A DNA stretch of 64,000 bases from assembly GCA_049601915.1 (NCBI GenBank), contig JBMYRB010000002.1, positions 90,553 to 154,552 on the forward strand, given 5' to 3'. This DNA is from Alphaproteobacteria bacterium (GTDB lineage Bacteria; Pseudomonadota; Alphaproteobacteria; UBA6615). A model generated the notes under the pieces. That model did not search any database and was not told where the DNA came from. It was given only the letters and a program-made list of their open reading frames with translations. The first letter of the stretch is position 1. Each line of letters opens with the position of its first letter. A program made the position numbers and the translations under genes. Positions 9,794-21,226 of the stretch are shown here, piece by piece.

Positions 9794-10675
9794 CTAGGCC
9801 GCGAGGCCGAGGATCTCCCGCGCCTGGGCGGCCGTGGCGACATCTTCACCCAGGGACTGCACGATCCCGACCGCATGCTCGACAAGTTCGGCGTTGCCCG
9901 CGGCGAGCTTGCCCCGCGAAATGTAGAGATTGTCCTCAAGGCCCACGCGGCAATGGCCGCCCAGCTTGGTGGCCGTCTCGACCATCGGCATCTCGTGACG
10001 CGAGATGCCGAAGGACGCCCACACGGCATTCTCGGGTGCCAAGTCCCGCATGAGCGCCATGGCCTCGCGTGAGGCGGGGGCCCCCCAGGAAATGCCGAGG
10101 CAAAACTGAAACAAGGGGATCGGGTCGGTGATATCGCCGTCTGCGCACATCTGTGCGGCCAGGCGCACATGGCCGGTATCGAACACTTCCAGTTCGGGTT
10201 TGACCCCGGCTGCCTGGATCATCCGCGCCATGTCGCGCAGGATCGCGGGCGAGTTGACCATGTTCCATTCGCCGAAATTCATCGAGGCGACGTCGAGCGA
10301 GCAGATATCCGGCTTGAGCTTTACGACATGTTCCACCCGTCGTTCGGCGGTGAACATTCCGCTTGTCGCCCCCGCCGTCATCGGGTCGGCGGGGTCGGGC
10401 ACGAATCGGCCGCCGGGACCGGTCGTGAGGTTGATGATGACCGGCGAACCGGAATCGCGAATGCGCTTCACGACCGCCTCGTAATATTCGAGCTTGGTAC
10501 TCGCCTTGCCGGTGTTCGGGTTGCGTACATGGATATGCGCGATCGCCGCACCGGCCTTGTTGGCGGCGATGGCCTCGTTGGCGATTTCCTCGGGCGTGAC
10601 GGGGACCGCCGGGTTCATGGCGGTGGAATCCGCCGAGCCGGTGACGGCGCAGGCGATGATGACGGGACGGGCCAT
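9794..10675 (-). CDS. kce: 3-keto-5-aminohexanoate cleavage enzyme family (BKACE/DUF849)
   Basis: N-terminal IIACAVTGS...TPEEIA...AAIAHIHVRNP is the BKACE signature. A GAGAGGAAA RBS lies upstream of the ATG. Confidence 0.8.
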   Translation of the reverse strand: MARPVIIACAVTGSADSTAMNPAVPVTPEEIANEAIAANKAGAAIAHIHVRNPNTGKASTKLEYYEAVVKRIRDSGSPVIINLTTGPGGRFVPDPADPMTAGATSGMFTAERRVEHVVKLKPDICSLDVASMNFGEWNMVNSPAILRDMARMIQAAGVKPELEVFDTGHVRLAAQMCADGDITDPIPLFQFCLGISWGAPASREAMALMRDLAPENAVWASFGISRHEMPMVETATKLGGHCRVGLEDNLYISRGKLAAGNAELVEHAVGIVQSLGEDVATAAQAREILGLAA

Positions 10676-10736
10676 GGGTATTTCCTCTCGGGAATTGAGT
10701 GTTAGTGATGAATCACCCTAAATGGGTCAAGGTCTT

Positions 10737-11636
10737 TCAACTTTTGAAACAGTGCTCTCGATGCCACTCAAGAAAGTGTGGATGGGGGCGATCCACTGAA
10801 CGGACTAGTGGTGTCGCACGGCCATTTGAGTTGATGAAGGATTCTACGCTGGCCCTGTCATTCACTTGTCGGGAAATCAGAATCTCGAGGTCGTTCGACA
10901 AACCGATTAGGCCCCGGTCGAACATCCAGTGTGCGGTGCCGGACAATGCTATTCCATTGTGAACGATGTCCGGACCATTGTACTCCACGGGCTTAATGTG
11001 GGCAGCATTCACCTCGGCGCCTCCACCACCGTTGATGAGTTTGAGCCCGGTAAAAGCGCAGCGCTCGTCATATGCGCGAAGCACAACTCGACGAAATGCA
11101 CGATCACGTAGCGGTCGGCTTGCGAGCTGATCGACGCGCTGACGTTCAGTCTCAAGCGTGAACGGGGATTGTTGTTCCTCCGCACCAGGAGCCGAGTCTT
11201 CGAGATCCTGACGCGGTAATACTTGATCGGATTGGTCAAGTCCGCGATCCACAATACGCATGAAATCTGCGGATGATACAGGTCGGACTGCGGCTTGCGC
11301 GCGACCAGATAGTTTACCGTTTTCATTAAGGAGCCCGCGTTCGACCGGAGCGATTCCATCGTTGAAGGGGACTGGATTGGGGAAGACGAGATAGCTACCC
11401 GGCGCTATGTGAGCAAGAAACCTTCTGGGTTCTGATATGTCGGGAGTAATCATCTCAACGCGTGCGATCGCGAAATAGCCACGTGTCTCCCTTACCTTCT
11501 TCGGTTCGAGGTACACAATCCGATCGCCGACTGCGGTATTGGCGCGGTCGAGATACTGTTTCGGAAATTGATACTGCTCTGACGGGCTGTCGTCGTAGAT
11601 CAAGTCTGGATGAAGCATGAATACACAATGGCCCAT
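10737..11636 (-). CDS. HNH endonuclease (HNH_2-type motif) with an uncharacterised N-terminal domain of about 170 aa. It sits in a lower-GC islet next to tRNA-Ser.
   Basis: The C-terminal CAFTG...AAHIKP...HNGIAL...HWMFDRG is an HNH motif. The N-terminal domain has no obvious catalytic motif and may be DNA-binding or modification-sensing. GC content is visibly lower than in the flanking genes. Confidence 0.7.
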   Translation of the reverse strand: MGHCVFMLHPDLIYDDSPSEQYQFPKQYLDRANTAVGDRIVYLEPKKVRETRGYFAIARVEMITPDISEPRRFLAHIAPGSYLVFPNPVPFNDGIAPVERGLLNENGKLSGRAQAAVRPVSSADFMRIVDRGLDQSDQVLPRQDLEDSAPGAEEQQSPFTLETERQRVDQLASRPLRDRAFRRVVLRAYDERCAFTGLKLINGGGGAEVNAAHIKPVEYNGPDIVHNGIALSGTAHWMFDRGLIGLSNDLEILISRQVNDRASVESFINSNGRATPLVRSVDRPHPHFLEWHREHCFKS

Positions 11637-11846
11637 GCAAATACCCTAACCCGCTCGCGTTGATGGCGTGTGCTCCGCTGTTGGTGATTGGGAGCGCGAT
11701 GGTGGCGTCGCCTCGTGGAGGTTTTGTCGAGAGCATACCGTATCAGAGCAAAAACCAAACCTCGCAAACAGTGGGCAACGTTTGTCAGTGCGGGCTCACG
11801 TAGCAACTTTGAGTGAATGAAAGCGCTAGCGCAAAACACGGAAAAA

Positions 11847-11936
11847 TGGCGGAGGGAGAGAGATTCGAACTCTCGGAACGCTTACACGCTCAACAGTTTT
11901 CGAGACTGCCCCGTTCAACCACTCCGGCACCCCTCC
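11847..11936 (-). tRNA. tRNA-Ser (anticodon CGA), 90 nt, CCA encoded
   Basis: Manual fold: acceptor GGAGGGG/TCCCTCC; 3-bp D-stem with a GAGTGGTTGAA loop; anticodon stem-loop GCAGT-CTCGAAA-ACTGT; long variable arm; T-arm GAGAG-TTCGAAT-CTCTC; discriminator G. Confidence 0.85.
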
Positions 11937-12076
11937 GCCGATATTCGGGTATCGTATGCGATATCCTGAACGGACCCGTGATATGTACGGGCGCACGGGT
12001 TCTACCCCACCCGGCGACAAACCTGCAACCCGCTGTGGGTGGGCGATTTTTCGGCCTTTTCGCACACGTTGGGCGG

Positions 12077-12104
12077 TTGACACGCGGCTCTGGCGGCGTA
12101 TAGT
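12077..12104 (+). promoter_or_regulatory. Sigma70-like promoter for rplU-rpmA
   Basis: TTGACA (12077-12082), a 16-nt spacer, then TATAGT (12099-12104), about 120 nt upstream of rplU. Confidence 0.5.
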
Positions 12105-12227
12105 CCGCCCGCATCGGCTGGACCGACTGATTTATTCGCGGCCCGCCTTGTTTTTGCTGGAACATTCGGCACTCGTGAGACCGCGCTTGGGCGTGGCACG
12201 ATGGCCACGACATAACGGATGCGGAAC

Positions 12228-12779
12228 ATGTACGCAGTCATTCAAACCGGCGGGAAGCAGTATCGCGTCGCCAATGGCGATGTGATCACCGTCGAGAAGC
12301 TCGAAGGCGAAGCGGGAAGCACCCTGGAGATTTCGCCGGTGCTGATGCTCGACGACGGCAAGGAAACCCAGGTCGGCACGCCGATCGTCGAGGGTGCCGC
12401 CGTCACTGCCGAGCTGGTCGAGCAGACCCGGGGCAAGAAGATCGTTGTCTTCAAGAAGAAGCGCCGCCAGGGCTATCAGCGCACGCATGGCCATCGCCAG
12501 GATCAGACGGTTCTGCGCATCGTCGACGTAACCGGCAAGGCGAAGGCGCCGGCGAAGAAGGCCGCGAAGGCTGCGGAACCGAAGACCAATGACGCGCCGG
12601 CCGAGGCGGCACCTGCCGCGGAGGCCAAGCCCGCCGCGAAGAAGCCCGCCGCCAAGAAACCTGTTGCGAAGAAGCCGGCCGCCAAGAAGGCCGCTTCGAG
12701 CACGACCAAGAAACCTGCGGCCAAGAAACCTGCCGCGAAGAAACCTGCAGCCAAGAAACCGGCTGCGGACAAGGAGTAA
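12228..12779 (+). CDS. rplU: 50S ribosomal protein L21 (bL21) with a Lys/Ala/Pro-rich C-terminal extension
   Basis: [14 protein letters not shown]... is canonical bL21. The C-terminal (KKPAAKKPA)n repeats form an extension. Confidence 0.95.
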   Translation: MYAVIQTGGKQYRVANGDVITVEKLEGEAGSTLEISPVLMLDDGKETQVGTPIVEGAAVTAELVEQTRGKKIVVFKKKRRQGYQRTHGHRQDQTVLRIVDVTGKAKAPAKKAAKAAEPKTNDAPAEAAPAAEAKPAAKKPAAKKPVAKKPAAKKAASSTTKKPAAKKPAAKKPAAKKPAADKE

Positions 12780-12785
12780 TCAGAC

Positions 12786-13043
12786 ATGGCGCATAAAAAA
12801 GCAGGCGGTAGTTCACGCAATGGTCGCGATTCAGCGGGCCGGCGCCTCGGCGTCAAGAAATATGGCGGCGAAGCGGTCATTCCGGGCAACATCATCATCC
12901 GCCAGCGCGGTACCAAGTTTCATCCCGGCGAGAATGTCGGCATTGGCAAGGACCACACCATCTTCGCGATGAGCGAAGGCAAGGTGCAGTTCACCCGTAA
13001 GCGTGGCGGCCGTAACTTCGTATCTGTGGTTCCGCCGGCCTAA
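12786..13043 (+). CDS. rpmA: 50S ribosomal protein L27 (bL27)
   Basis: [16 protein letters not shown]... is canonical bL27. Confidence 0.95.
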   Translation: MAHKKAGGSSRNGRDSAGRRLGVKKYGGEAVIPGNIIIRQRGTKFHPGENVGIGKDHTIFAMSEGKVQFTRKRGGRNFVSVVPPA

Positions 13044-15325
<2,282 letters not shown>

Positions 15326-15335
15326 GTGTTTCGAG

Positions 15336-16241
15336 ATGGACGTTCCTCGCGCCGAAAGCCCCATCACATATGCCGTCGTCCTGGTGGCCGCGCTGATCGC
15401 GGTTGCCCATGCCGCGATCTTCGTTCGTATGGCGGATGCGGATCCGCTTGTGACGGCCGCCTACCGGATGCTGATCGCGTCGGCTGTGTTGTTGCCGTTC
15501 GCGGCCGTGACGGCGCGACGGGAAATATGCTGGCTCAACAAGCGAGAATGGAAGTTGATCGCCGGCGGGGCGGTGTTTCTGGCGCTTCATTTCGCCACCT
15601 GGATTGCTTCCCTCGACTTCACCTCGATCGCCAATTCCGTTGTGCTGGTCGCTCTGACACCGGTCTGGCTGGCCGTCTGGGCCGTGGTGGCGCTGCGTCA
15701 GCCCCCGGGCCTGCGCACATGGCTGGCCGTCGGGCTCGCGCTGGCGGGTGGTATCATCATGGGGTGGGGCAGCGCCCGGGTCGGGACGGAGACATTGTTC
15801 GGCGACGGTCTAGCACTTTTGGGCGGTTTGCTTTTCGTTGGTTTTCTGCTGCTGGCCGAGGCTGCCCGGAGGACGATCGGCATCTTCGCATTCGTCACCT
15901 TGGTCTATAGCGGCGCGGCGATCATGCTCTGGGTGGCGGTGCTTGCACTGGACCTGCCGCTTGTCGGGTTGTCTGTGGAGACCTATCTGGCTTTCATCGG
16001 GTTGGGCCTAGTCAGCCAGATCATCGGGCATACGGGTTTCAACTGGGCGGTGCGCGCGATCTCACCAATGGTGCTGGCACTTCTGTTTCTCACCGAGCCG
16101 CTTTTGAGCACCGCGCTGGGCTGGTTTTACTTTGGCGAAGGATTTGCCAGGGAAACGGCGATCGGCGGGGTGTTGGTACTCGCGGCCATCTATCTGGGCG
16201 TGCGGGCGAGCGACATCCGGTTGACGGAGCAAACGGGATGA
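15336..16241 (+). CDS. EamA/DMT-family transporter
   Basis: A 10-TM hydrophobic profile with two EamA repeats. Confidence 0.7.
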   Translation: MDVPRAESPITYAVVLVAALIAVAHAAIFVRMADADPLVTAAYRMLIASAVLLPFAAVTARREICWLNKREWKLIAGGAVFLALHFATWIASLDFTSIANSVVLVALTPVWLAVWAVVALRQPPGLRTWLAVGLALAGGIIMGWGSARVGTETLFGDGLALLGGLLFVGFLLLAEAARRTIGIFAFVTLVYSGAAIMLWVAVLALDLPLVGLSVETYLAFIGLGLVSQIIGHTGFNWAVRAISPMVLALLFLTEPLLSTALGWFYFGEGFARETAIGGVLVLAAIYLGVRASDIRLTEQTG

Positions 16242-16302
16242 AATTTGCGGGCAAATTGACTATCGTCGCCCGCCAGGCCGCAGAAACGGTCGGAGAAGAG
16301 AC

Positions 16303-17592
16303 ATGACGGCTGCACATGACATCTCGGCGGATACCGCCGACATCGCTGCGACGATGCAAGCTATCGGCGCGGCGGCGAAGGCGGCTGCGCTCGAACTGGC
16401 GACCGCCACACCGGAATCGAAGAATGCCGCGTTGCACGCTGCCGCGGATGCCATCCGCACCCGGAAGGATGAAATCCTCGCGGCGAACGCCAATGATGTC
16501 GCGCGCGCAGAAAGCAACGGGGTGAAGGGCTCCTTCCTCGATCGTCTGGTCCTGAACGACGACCGGGTTGAGGGGATGGCCAACGGCCTTGAAGAAGTCG
16601 CCGCACTGGACGAGCCTATCGGTACCGTGCTGGCGGAGTGGGGCCGGCCGAACGGACTGCGGATTGCGCGGGTGCGCGTGCCGTTGGGCGTGATCGGCGT
16701 GATTTATGAATCGCGCCCGAACGTGACTGCGGATGCCGGCGGGCTGTGCCTCAAAGCCGGGAACGCGGCGGTATTGCGCGGCGGCTCTGAGAGTTTTGAA
16801 TCCTCGAACGTCATTCTGTCCTGCCTGCAGGACGGTCTTCGCGCGGCAGGGTTGCCCGAGGCAGCGATTCAGGCGCCCCCGACGACCGATCGTGCGGCTG
16901 TCGGTGCGATGATGACCATGGTCGACCATATCGATGTGATCGTGCCGCGCGGCGGCAAATCACTGATCGAACGGGTGCAGACCGAGAGTCGTATCCCGGT
17001 GTTCGCCCACCTCGAAGGGCTCTGCCATACCTACGTGCATGGTGCCGCTGATCCGCAAATGGCGCGGGATATCGTGCTCAACGCCAAAATGCGCCGGACC
17101 GGGATCTGCGGTGCGACCGAGACCGTGTTGATAGACCGGTCGGTCGCGTCGGACATGCTGGGACCCATCGTCGATGACCTTGCGAGTGCGGGGTGTGAAG
17201 TGCGCGGCGATGATGCGGCGCAAGCCATCGATGATCGCATCGTCCCGGCCGATGATGAAGACTGGAATACCGAGTATCTCGACGCGATTGTCTCGGTCCG
17301 GGTGGTCGATGGCGTCGAGGCTGCCATCGATCATGTGAACAGCTATGGCTCGAATCACACCGATGCAATCGTGACATCGGATGATGATGTGGCCGAGCGT
17401 TTCCTGGCACGCATCGATAGCGGTATCGTACTGCACAACGCGTCGACGCAGTTCGCCGACGGTGGCGAGTTCGGCATGGGTGCCGAAATCGGGATATCGA
17501 CGGGCAAAATGCATGCGCGCGGCCCGGTCGGTGCCGAGCAGTTGACCAGCTACAAGTATATGGTGCGCGGCGCCGGGCAAACCCGACCCTGA
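16303..17592 (+). CDS. proA: Gamma-glutamyl phosphate reductase
   Basis: Aldehyde-dehydrogenase fold with ProA motifs ([10 protein letters not shown], catalytic Cys region). Confidence 0.9.
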   Translation: MTAAHDISADTADIAATMQAIGAAAKAAALELATATPESKNAALHAAADAIRTRKDEILAANANDVARAESNGVKGSFLDRLVLNDDRVEGMANGLEEVAALDEPIGTVLAEWGRPNGLRIARVRVPLGVIGVIYESRPNVTADAGGLCLKAGNAAVLRGGSESFESSNVILSCLQDGLRAAGLPEAAIQAPPTTDRAAVGAMMTMVDHIDVIVPRGGKSLIERVQTESRIPVFAHLEGLCHTYVHGAADPQMARDIVLNAKMRRTGICGATETVLIDRSVASDMLGPIVDDLASAGCEVRGDDAAQAIDDRIVPADDEDWNTEYLDAIVSVRVVDGVEAAIDHVNSYGSNHTDAIVTSDDDVAERFLARIDSGIVLHNASTQFADGGEFGMGAEIGISTGKMHARGPVGAEQLTSYKYMVRGAGQTRP

Positions 17593-17597
17593 CCCGG

Positions 17598-18248
17598 ATG
17601 ACGACTTCGGGGAATCAGGTGCTCGCGTCCGGCGTCTTTCGCCATCGCGGACGGCGAATCGGACTGTTGGGCGGGTCGTTCAATCCTGCGCATGACGGGC
17701 ATCGTCATATCAGCCAACTGGCGCTAACCAGACTGGGCCTTGATGAGGTCTGGTGGCTGGTCTCGCCACAGAACCCGCTCAAGTCCGAAGACGGGATGGC
17801 GACCTTCGAGTCGCGGCTGAAATCCGCCAACGAGGTCGCCCGGGACGGGCGAATCCGAGTGTCTGCGATCGAGGCGGAGCTCGGCACACGCTATACGGCC
17901 GATACCCTCGATGCCCTGCAAAACCGGTATCCGGCGGCGCGATTCGTCTGGTTGATGGGGGCCGATAATCTGATCCAGATATCGCGGTGGCGCGCATGGA
18001 AACAAATATTTAACAAGGTTCCCATTGCCGTCTTCGCGCGTGATTCATATGATTCGAAGGCGTTGTCGGGGCTCGCGGCAGTTCGTTTTCGCCGCGCACG
18101 ACTGCCGGAACGTGCAGCGCAGTTGCTGCCAGATACCGCGCCACCTGCCTGGGTGTTCTTGCGTATAAAGCCGCACCCGGCAACGGCGACGGAGATACGC
18201 AGAAGTGGTGTTTGGCCTGCGGCTGACGTCGCTGATACAGACGAGTGA
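17598..18248 (+). CDS. nadD: Nicotinate-nucleotide adenylyltransferase
   Basis: GLLGGSFNPAHDGH, the (H/T)xGH nucleotidyltransferase motif. Confidence 0.85.
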   Translation: MTTSGNQVLASGVFRHRGRRIGLLGGSFNPAHDGHRHISQLALTRLGLDEVWWLVSPQNPLKSEDGMATFESRLKSANEVARDGRIRVSAIEAELGTRYTADTLDALQNRYPAARFVWLMGADNLIQISRWRAWKQIFNKVPIAVFARDSYDSKALSGLAAVRFRRARLPERAAQLLPDTAPPAWVFLRIKPHPATATEIRRSGVWPAADVADTDE

Positions 18249-18300
18249 ATGCAGCGGGGATACCCGATTGCATCCGGAAGCGTAGTTTGAGAACGAGGGA

Positions 18301-18696
18301 ATCGTTATAGCACGCAAGAAAAAGGCGGCTCCGCGGCCCACAGCGGAGGAACTTCTCGCCCTCGTCGAGGAATTCCTCGATGAAGACAAGGCCGACGACG
18401 TCAAGGTCGTACCTCTTGCCGGTAAATCAGACATCGCCGACTTCATGGTTGTTGCCAGCGGCACGTCTTCACGCCGATTGGATTCGATCACAGAGCATCT
18501 CATTGCGCGCCTCAAGGCGGCGGGTGTGAAAGACACGCACGCCGAGGGGCGTCGGTCGGGAGAATGGGTGCTGGTGGATGCGGGCGACGTCATCGTCCAT
18601 CTGTTCCGACCCGAATCCCGCGAGCATTATGCGATCGAGAAGCTGTGGGAAGCTGAATTCATGGATCGGGCGTCGCAGGAATCCGTGCCGGCCTGA
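18301..18696 (+). CDS. rsfS: Ribosome silencing factor RsfS (Iojap family)
   Basis: The conserved C-terminal ...WVLVDAGDVIVHLF...REHYAIEKLW is present. No canonical start codon exists between the stop at 18283-18285 and the first ATG at 18445. Homology begins near 18300, so the start is uncertain (non-ATG or rare codon). Confidence 0.7.
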   Translation: MVIARKKKAAPRPTAEELLALVEEFLDEDKADDVKVVPLAGKSDIADFMVVASGTSSRRLDSITEHLIARLKAAGVKDTHAEGRRSGEWVLVDAGDVIVHLFRPESREHYAIEKLWEAEFMDRASQESVPA

Positions 18697-18705
18697 TAGC
18701 GGAGC

Positions 18706-19173
18706 TTGGCATTGCAGATCACCATTGGTGCGATCGGTAGGCTGCGAGCTGGACCCGAGGCCGCGCTCCTCGAACATTTCCAGAAACGAATCACGGCGTG
18801 GCCCCTGGCGCTGCGTGAATTCGAAGTGAAGAAAAAGGTTGCGCCGGATCGTGTCTCGGATGCCGAGGGCGCGTTGCTGCTGGCGGCGATCCCGGACGGC
18901 GCGCATGTGGTGATGCTTGATGAAACGGGAAAAATGTCGACCAGTGCGGGAATTGCGAAGGATATGGCGGATCTTCAGGATTCAGGCTGCCGGGATCTCG
19001 TGTTTCTGATCGGAGGGGCCGACGGGCATGGGGATGCCGTGCGTGCGCGTGCTGACCGGGTGATCGCGTTCGGCCGCAACACATGGCCCCATATGCTAAT
19101 GCGGACTCTTCTCGTCGAGCAGATATACCGCGCGCAACAGATCATTGCCCGACACCCGTATCATCGGGCCTGA
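18706..19173 (+). CDS. rlmH: 23S rRNA (pseudouridine1915-N3)-methyltransferase RlmH
   Basis: SPOUT fold, 155 aa, C-terminal ...QIYRAQQIIARHPYHR. Confidence 0.85.
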   Translation: MALQITIGAIGRLRAGPEAALLEHFQKRITAWPLALREFEVKKKVAPDRVSDAEGALLLAAIPDGAHVVMLDETGKMSTSAGIAKDMADLQDSGCRDLVFLIGGADGHGDAVRARADRVIAFGRNTWPHMLMRTLLVEQIYRAQQIIARHPYHRA

Positions 19174-19272
19174 TTTGACCGTCGCGCTTGATGCTGGCGG
19201 ACCAGTATCGAATCGGGCAAAACCACGGGCACGCGAACCGTTAAACCGCAAAGATACAAGGAAATGCGGATG

Positions 19273-19911
19273 AACTATCTGATCCTCATGCGCCACGGCC
19301 AGAGCCAGTGGAATTTGGAGAACCGATTTACCGGATGGGAGAATGTTGATCTGACTTCGGCAGGCGAAGATGAGGCGCGCAATGCAGGCGTGCTGCTGAA
19401 GGATTTCCCGATCGATGCAGTCTATTCATCGACCCTGAAGCGCGCGCGCCGGACGGTCGAGATGGCGCTGGACTCCGCCGCCGAAGCCGGGGCCGATCTA
19501 GCGGGGCTGCGTGACGGAGACGGCTGGAATACCACCCGCGACGATGCATTGCGCGAGCGCCACTATGGCGATCTGGTCGGGTTGAACAAGGCTGAAACGG
19601 CCGAGAAATACGGTGACGAGCAGGTCCATCTTTGGCGGCGTGGGTTTGAAGTTCGCCCGCCCAATGGTGAGAGTCTCGCAGATGTGGTCGAGCGGGTGCG
19701 GCCTTATTATGAATCTGAGATCGGCCCCTTGGTTCGCACGGGCAAGAACTTGCTGGTGTCCGCCCATGGCAATAGCCTGCGCGCACTCTTGCTTATTCTG
19801 GGTGAGTACACGGCGGATGAGATCCCGGGCGTGGAATTGCCGACCGGCCGGCCGCTGGTGTTTGAGTTCGTCGATGGCGTCAAACAGAAGAGCTATTACC
19901 TCGGCGAGTAG
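19273..19911 (+). CDS. gpmA: 2,3-bisphosphoglycerate-dependent phosphoglycerate mutase
   Basis: LILMRHGQSQWN and RFTGW histidine-phosphatase motifs. Confidence 0.85.
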   Translation, partial: NYLILMRHGQSQWNLENRFTGWENVDLTSAGEDEARNAGVLLKDFPIDAVYSSTLKRARRTVEMALDSAAEAGADLAGLRDGDGWNTTRDDALRERHYGDLVGLNKAETAEKYGDEQVHLWRRGFEVRPPNGESLADVVERVRPYYESEIGPLVRTGKNLLVSAHGNSLRALLLILGEYTADEIPGVELPTGRPLVFEFVDGVKQKSYYLGE

Positions 19912-19948
19912 CCGGATATTCGGGACCGCCCGCCGCCTGCGGGGTGCG

Positions 19949-21226
19949 GTGGTGATCGCGTTTGTCCCCATTCTTCTAACGAGTATTACGGCTCCCGGTG
20001 CGATCGCGCAGTCGGATGAACCCGACGAGGTGCAGGATCGCCTCCAGTCGGTCCGAGAGGCAATCGCGACGGACCAGAAATCTGCCGAATCTTTGGCCAG
20101 AGAGGCGACCGCTCAGGCTCGCGAACTTCAATCCCTGCGGGCAGAATTGCAGGCTGCGGCGCGCGCGGTGCAATCTCACGAAGCCGCCCTCGATACCATC
20201 GAATCCGAACTCACCGTGCTTCGCGGGGACGCTGCGCGAAAGGAAGTCGCTCTCGAAGAACGTCGCGCTCAACTCGGCGGCACCTTGGGTGCGCTGCAGC
20301 GCCTGTCCCTGCGGCCCACGGCGGCTTTGCTCGTCAGTCCCGGCGATCCGAATGACATTGTCCGCAGCGGTCTGTTGCTGCGTACAGCGGTGCCGGAAAT
20401 CGAGGGCCAAGCCCGAATATTGCGCGACGATATCGCGGAGCTGGCGGATTTGCGAAACCGGATTGAGCTTCGTCGCGACGCCTTGCAGCAGGCGGCGGTC
20501 GATCTGAATCGCGATAGAGACCGGCTTGAAGCCTTCTCTAAGGCAAAGAACGAAATCCTGGAACAAACACGCGGTGCACAATCTGCCGCCGAGGCGCGTG
20601 TCTCCGATCTGCGTCGCGAGGCGCAAACGCTGGAGGAACTGGTGTCACGTCTGCGTGACAGTGCATCGGCTACGAGGCCTCAGTCACGGCCTCGGCCGGG
20701 TACCCCACCGGCAGATTTCGTCACACCGCAACTGGCACCGGCGGGTCCGTCGATAGCATCGGCGCGCGGGAACCTGACGCCACCCGCCTATGGCACGGTG
20801 ATACAGGGCTTTGGCGACGATACACCGGCGGGACCAAAGGCGCGTGGAGTTACGTGGCAAACCCGTGCCGACGCGTCAGTGGTGGCGCCCTGGGATGGTC
20901 GCATCGCGTTTGCTGGGCCGTTTCGCCGCTTCGGGCAAATCTTGATCATCGATCATGGCGAGGGATATCATACACTTATCGCCGGACTGGGGCGTATCGA
21001 GGCAGAGGTTGGCCAGTGGGTCCTCGCGGGAGAACCGTTGGGACGCACGACCGATCATGCAGGACGAGCTCGGGACTCTGGCGAAGGCACGAAAAGCGGG
21101 GGGCAGGCCGCGAGGGCCGAAGACCGATCGAGCGGATCGAAGCTTTATGTGGAGCTCCGCCTCGAGGGAAAACCGATTAATCCGTTGCCCTGGTTGGCAG
21201 CGCAAACGAACAGGACACAAGGCTAA
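19949..21226 (+). CDS. EnvC-like murein hydrolase activator: coiled-coil plus C-terminal M23/LytM domain
   Basis: A signal-peptide-like segment ...VVIAFVPILLTSITAPGAIAQ, then a long coiled coil and a C-terminal LytM-like IIDHGEGYHTLIAGL. The start codon is uncertain (GTG at 19949 or earlier). The part of the ORF from 19613 overlaps gpmA in another frame and is not coding. Confidence 0.7.
   Translation: MVIAFVPILLTSITAPGAIAQSDEPDEVQDRLQSVREAIATDQKSAESLAREATAQARELQSLRAELQAAARAVQSHEAALDTIESELTVLRGDAARKEVALEERRAQLGGTLGALQRLSLRPTAALLVSPGDPNDIVRSGLLLRTAVPEIEGQARILRDDIAELADLRNRIELRRDALQQAAVDLNRDRDRLEAFSKAKNEILEQTRGAQSAAEARVSDLRREAQTLEELVSRLRDSASATRPQSRPRPGTPPADFVTPQLAPAGPSIASARGNLTPPAYGTVIQGFGDDTPAGPKARGVTWQTRADASVVAPWDGRIAFAGPFRRFGQILIIDHGEGYHTLIAGLGRIEAEVGQWVLAGEPLGRTTDHAGRARDSGEGTKSGGQAARAEDRSSGSKLYVELRLEGKPINPLPWLAAQTNRTQG

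Noticed and set aside
8845-10170. A 441-aa minus-strand ORF read as one protein
   Set aside because: Only the C-terminal 163 aa are DctM-like. The upstream 270 aa are non-protein-like and overlap the amidohydrolase fragment and kce, so the ORF is treated as a fragment rather than a full gene.
10676-11846. Integrase, attL/attR direct repeats or prophage genes in the tRNA-Ser-adjacent islet
   Set aside because: No recombinase ORF and no copy of the tRNA 3' end at the far boundary was found. The islet is reported as a remnant or cargo-only insertion, not a mobile element.
19613-19948. N-terminal extension of the EnvC-like ORF (MTSRSIFGG...)
   Set aside because: It overlaps the 3' half of gpmA in another frame. 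The protein-like sequence begins only at the signal peptide after the gpmA stop.
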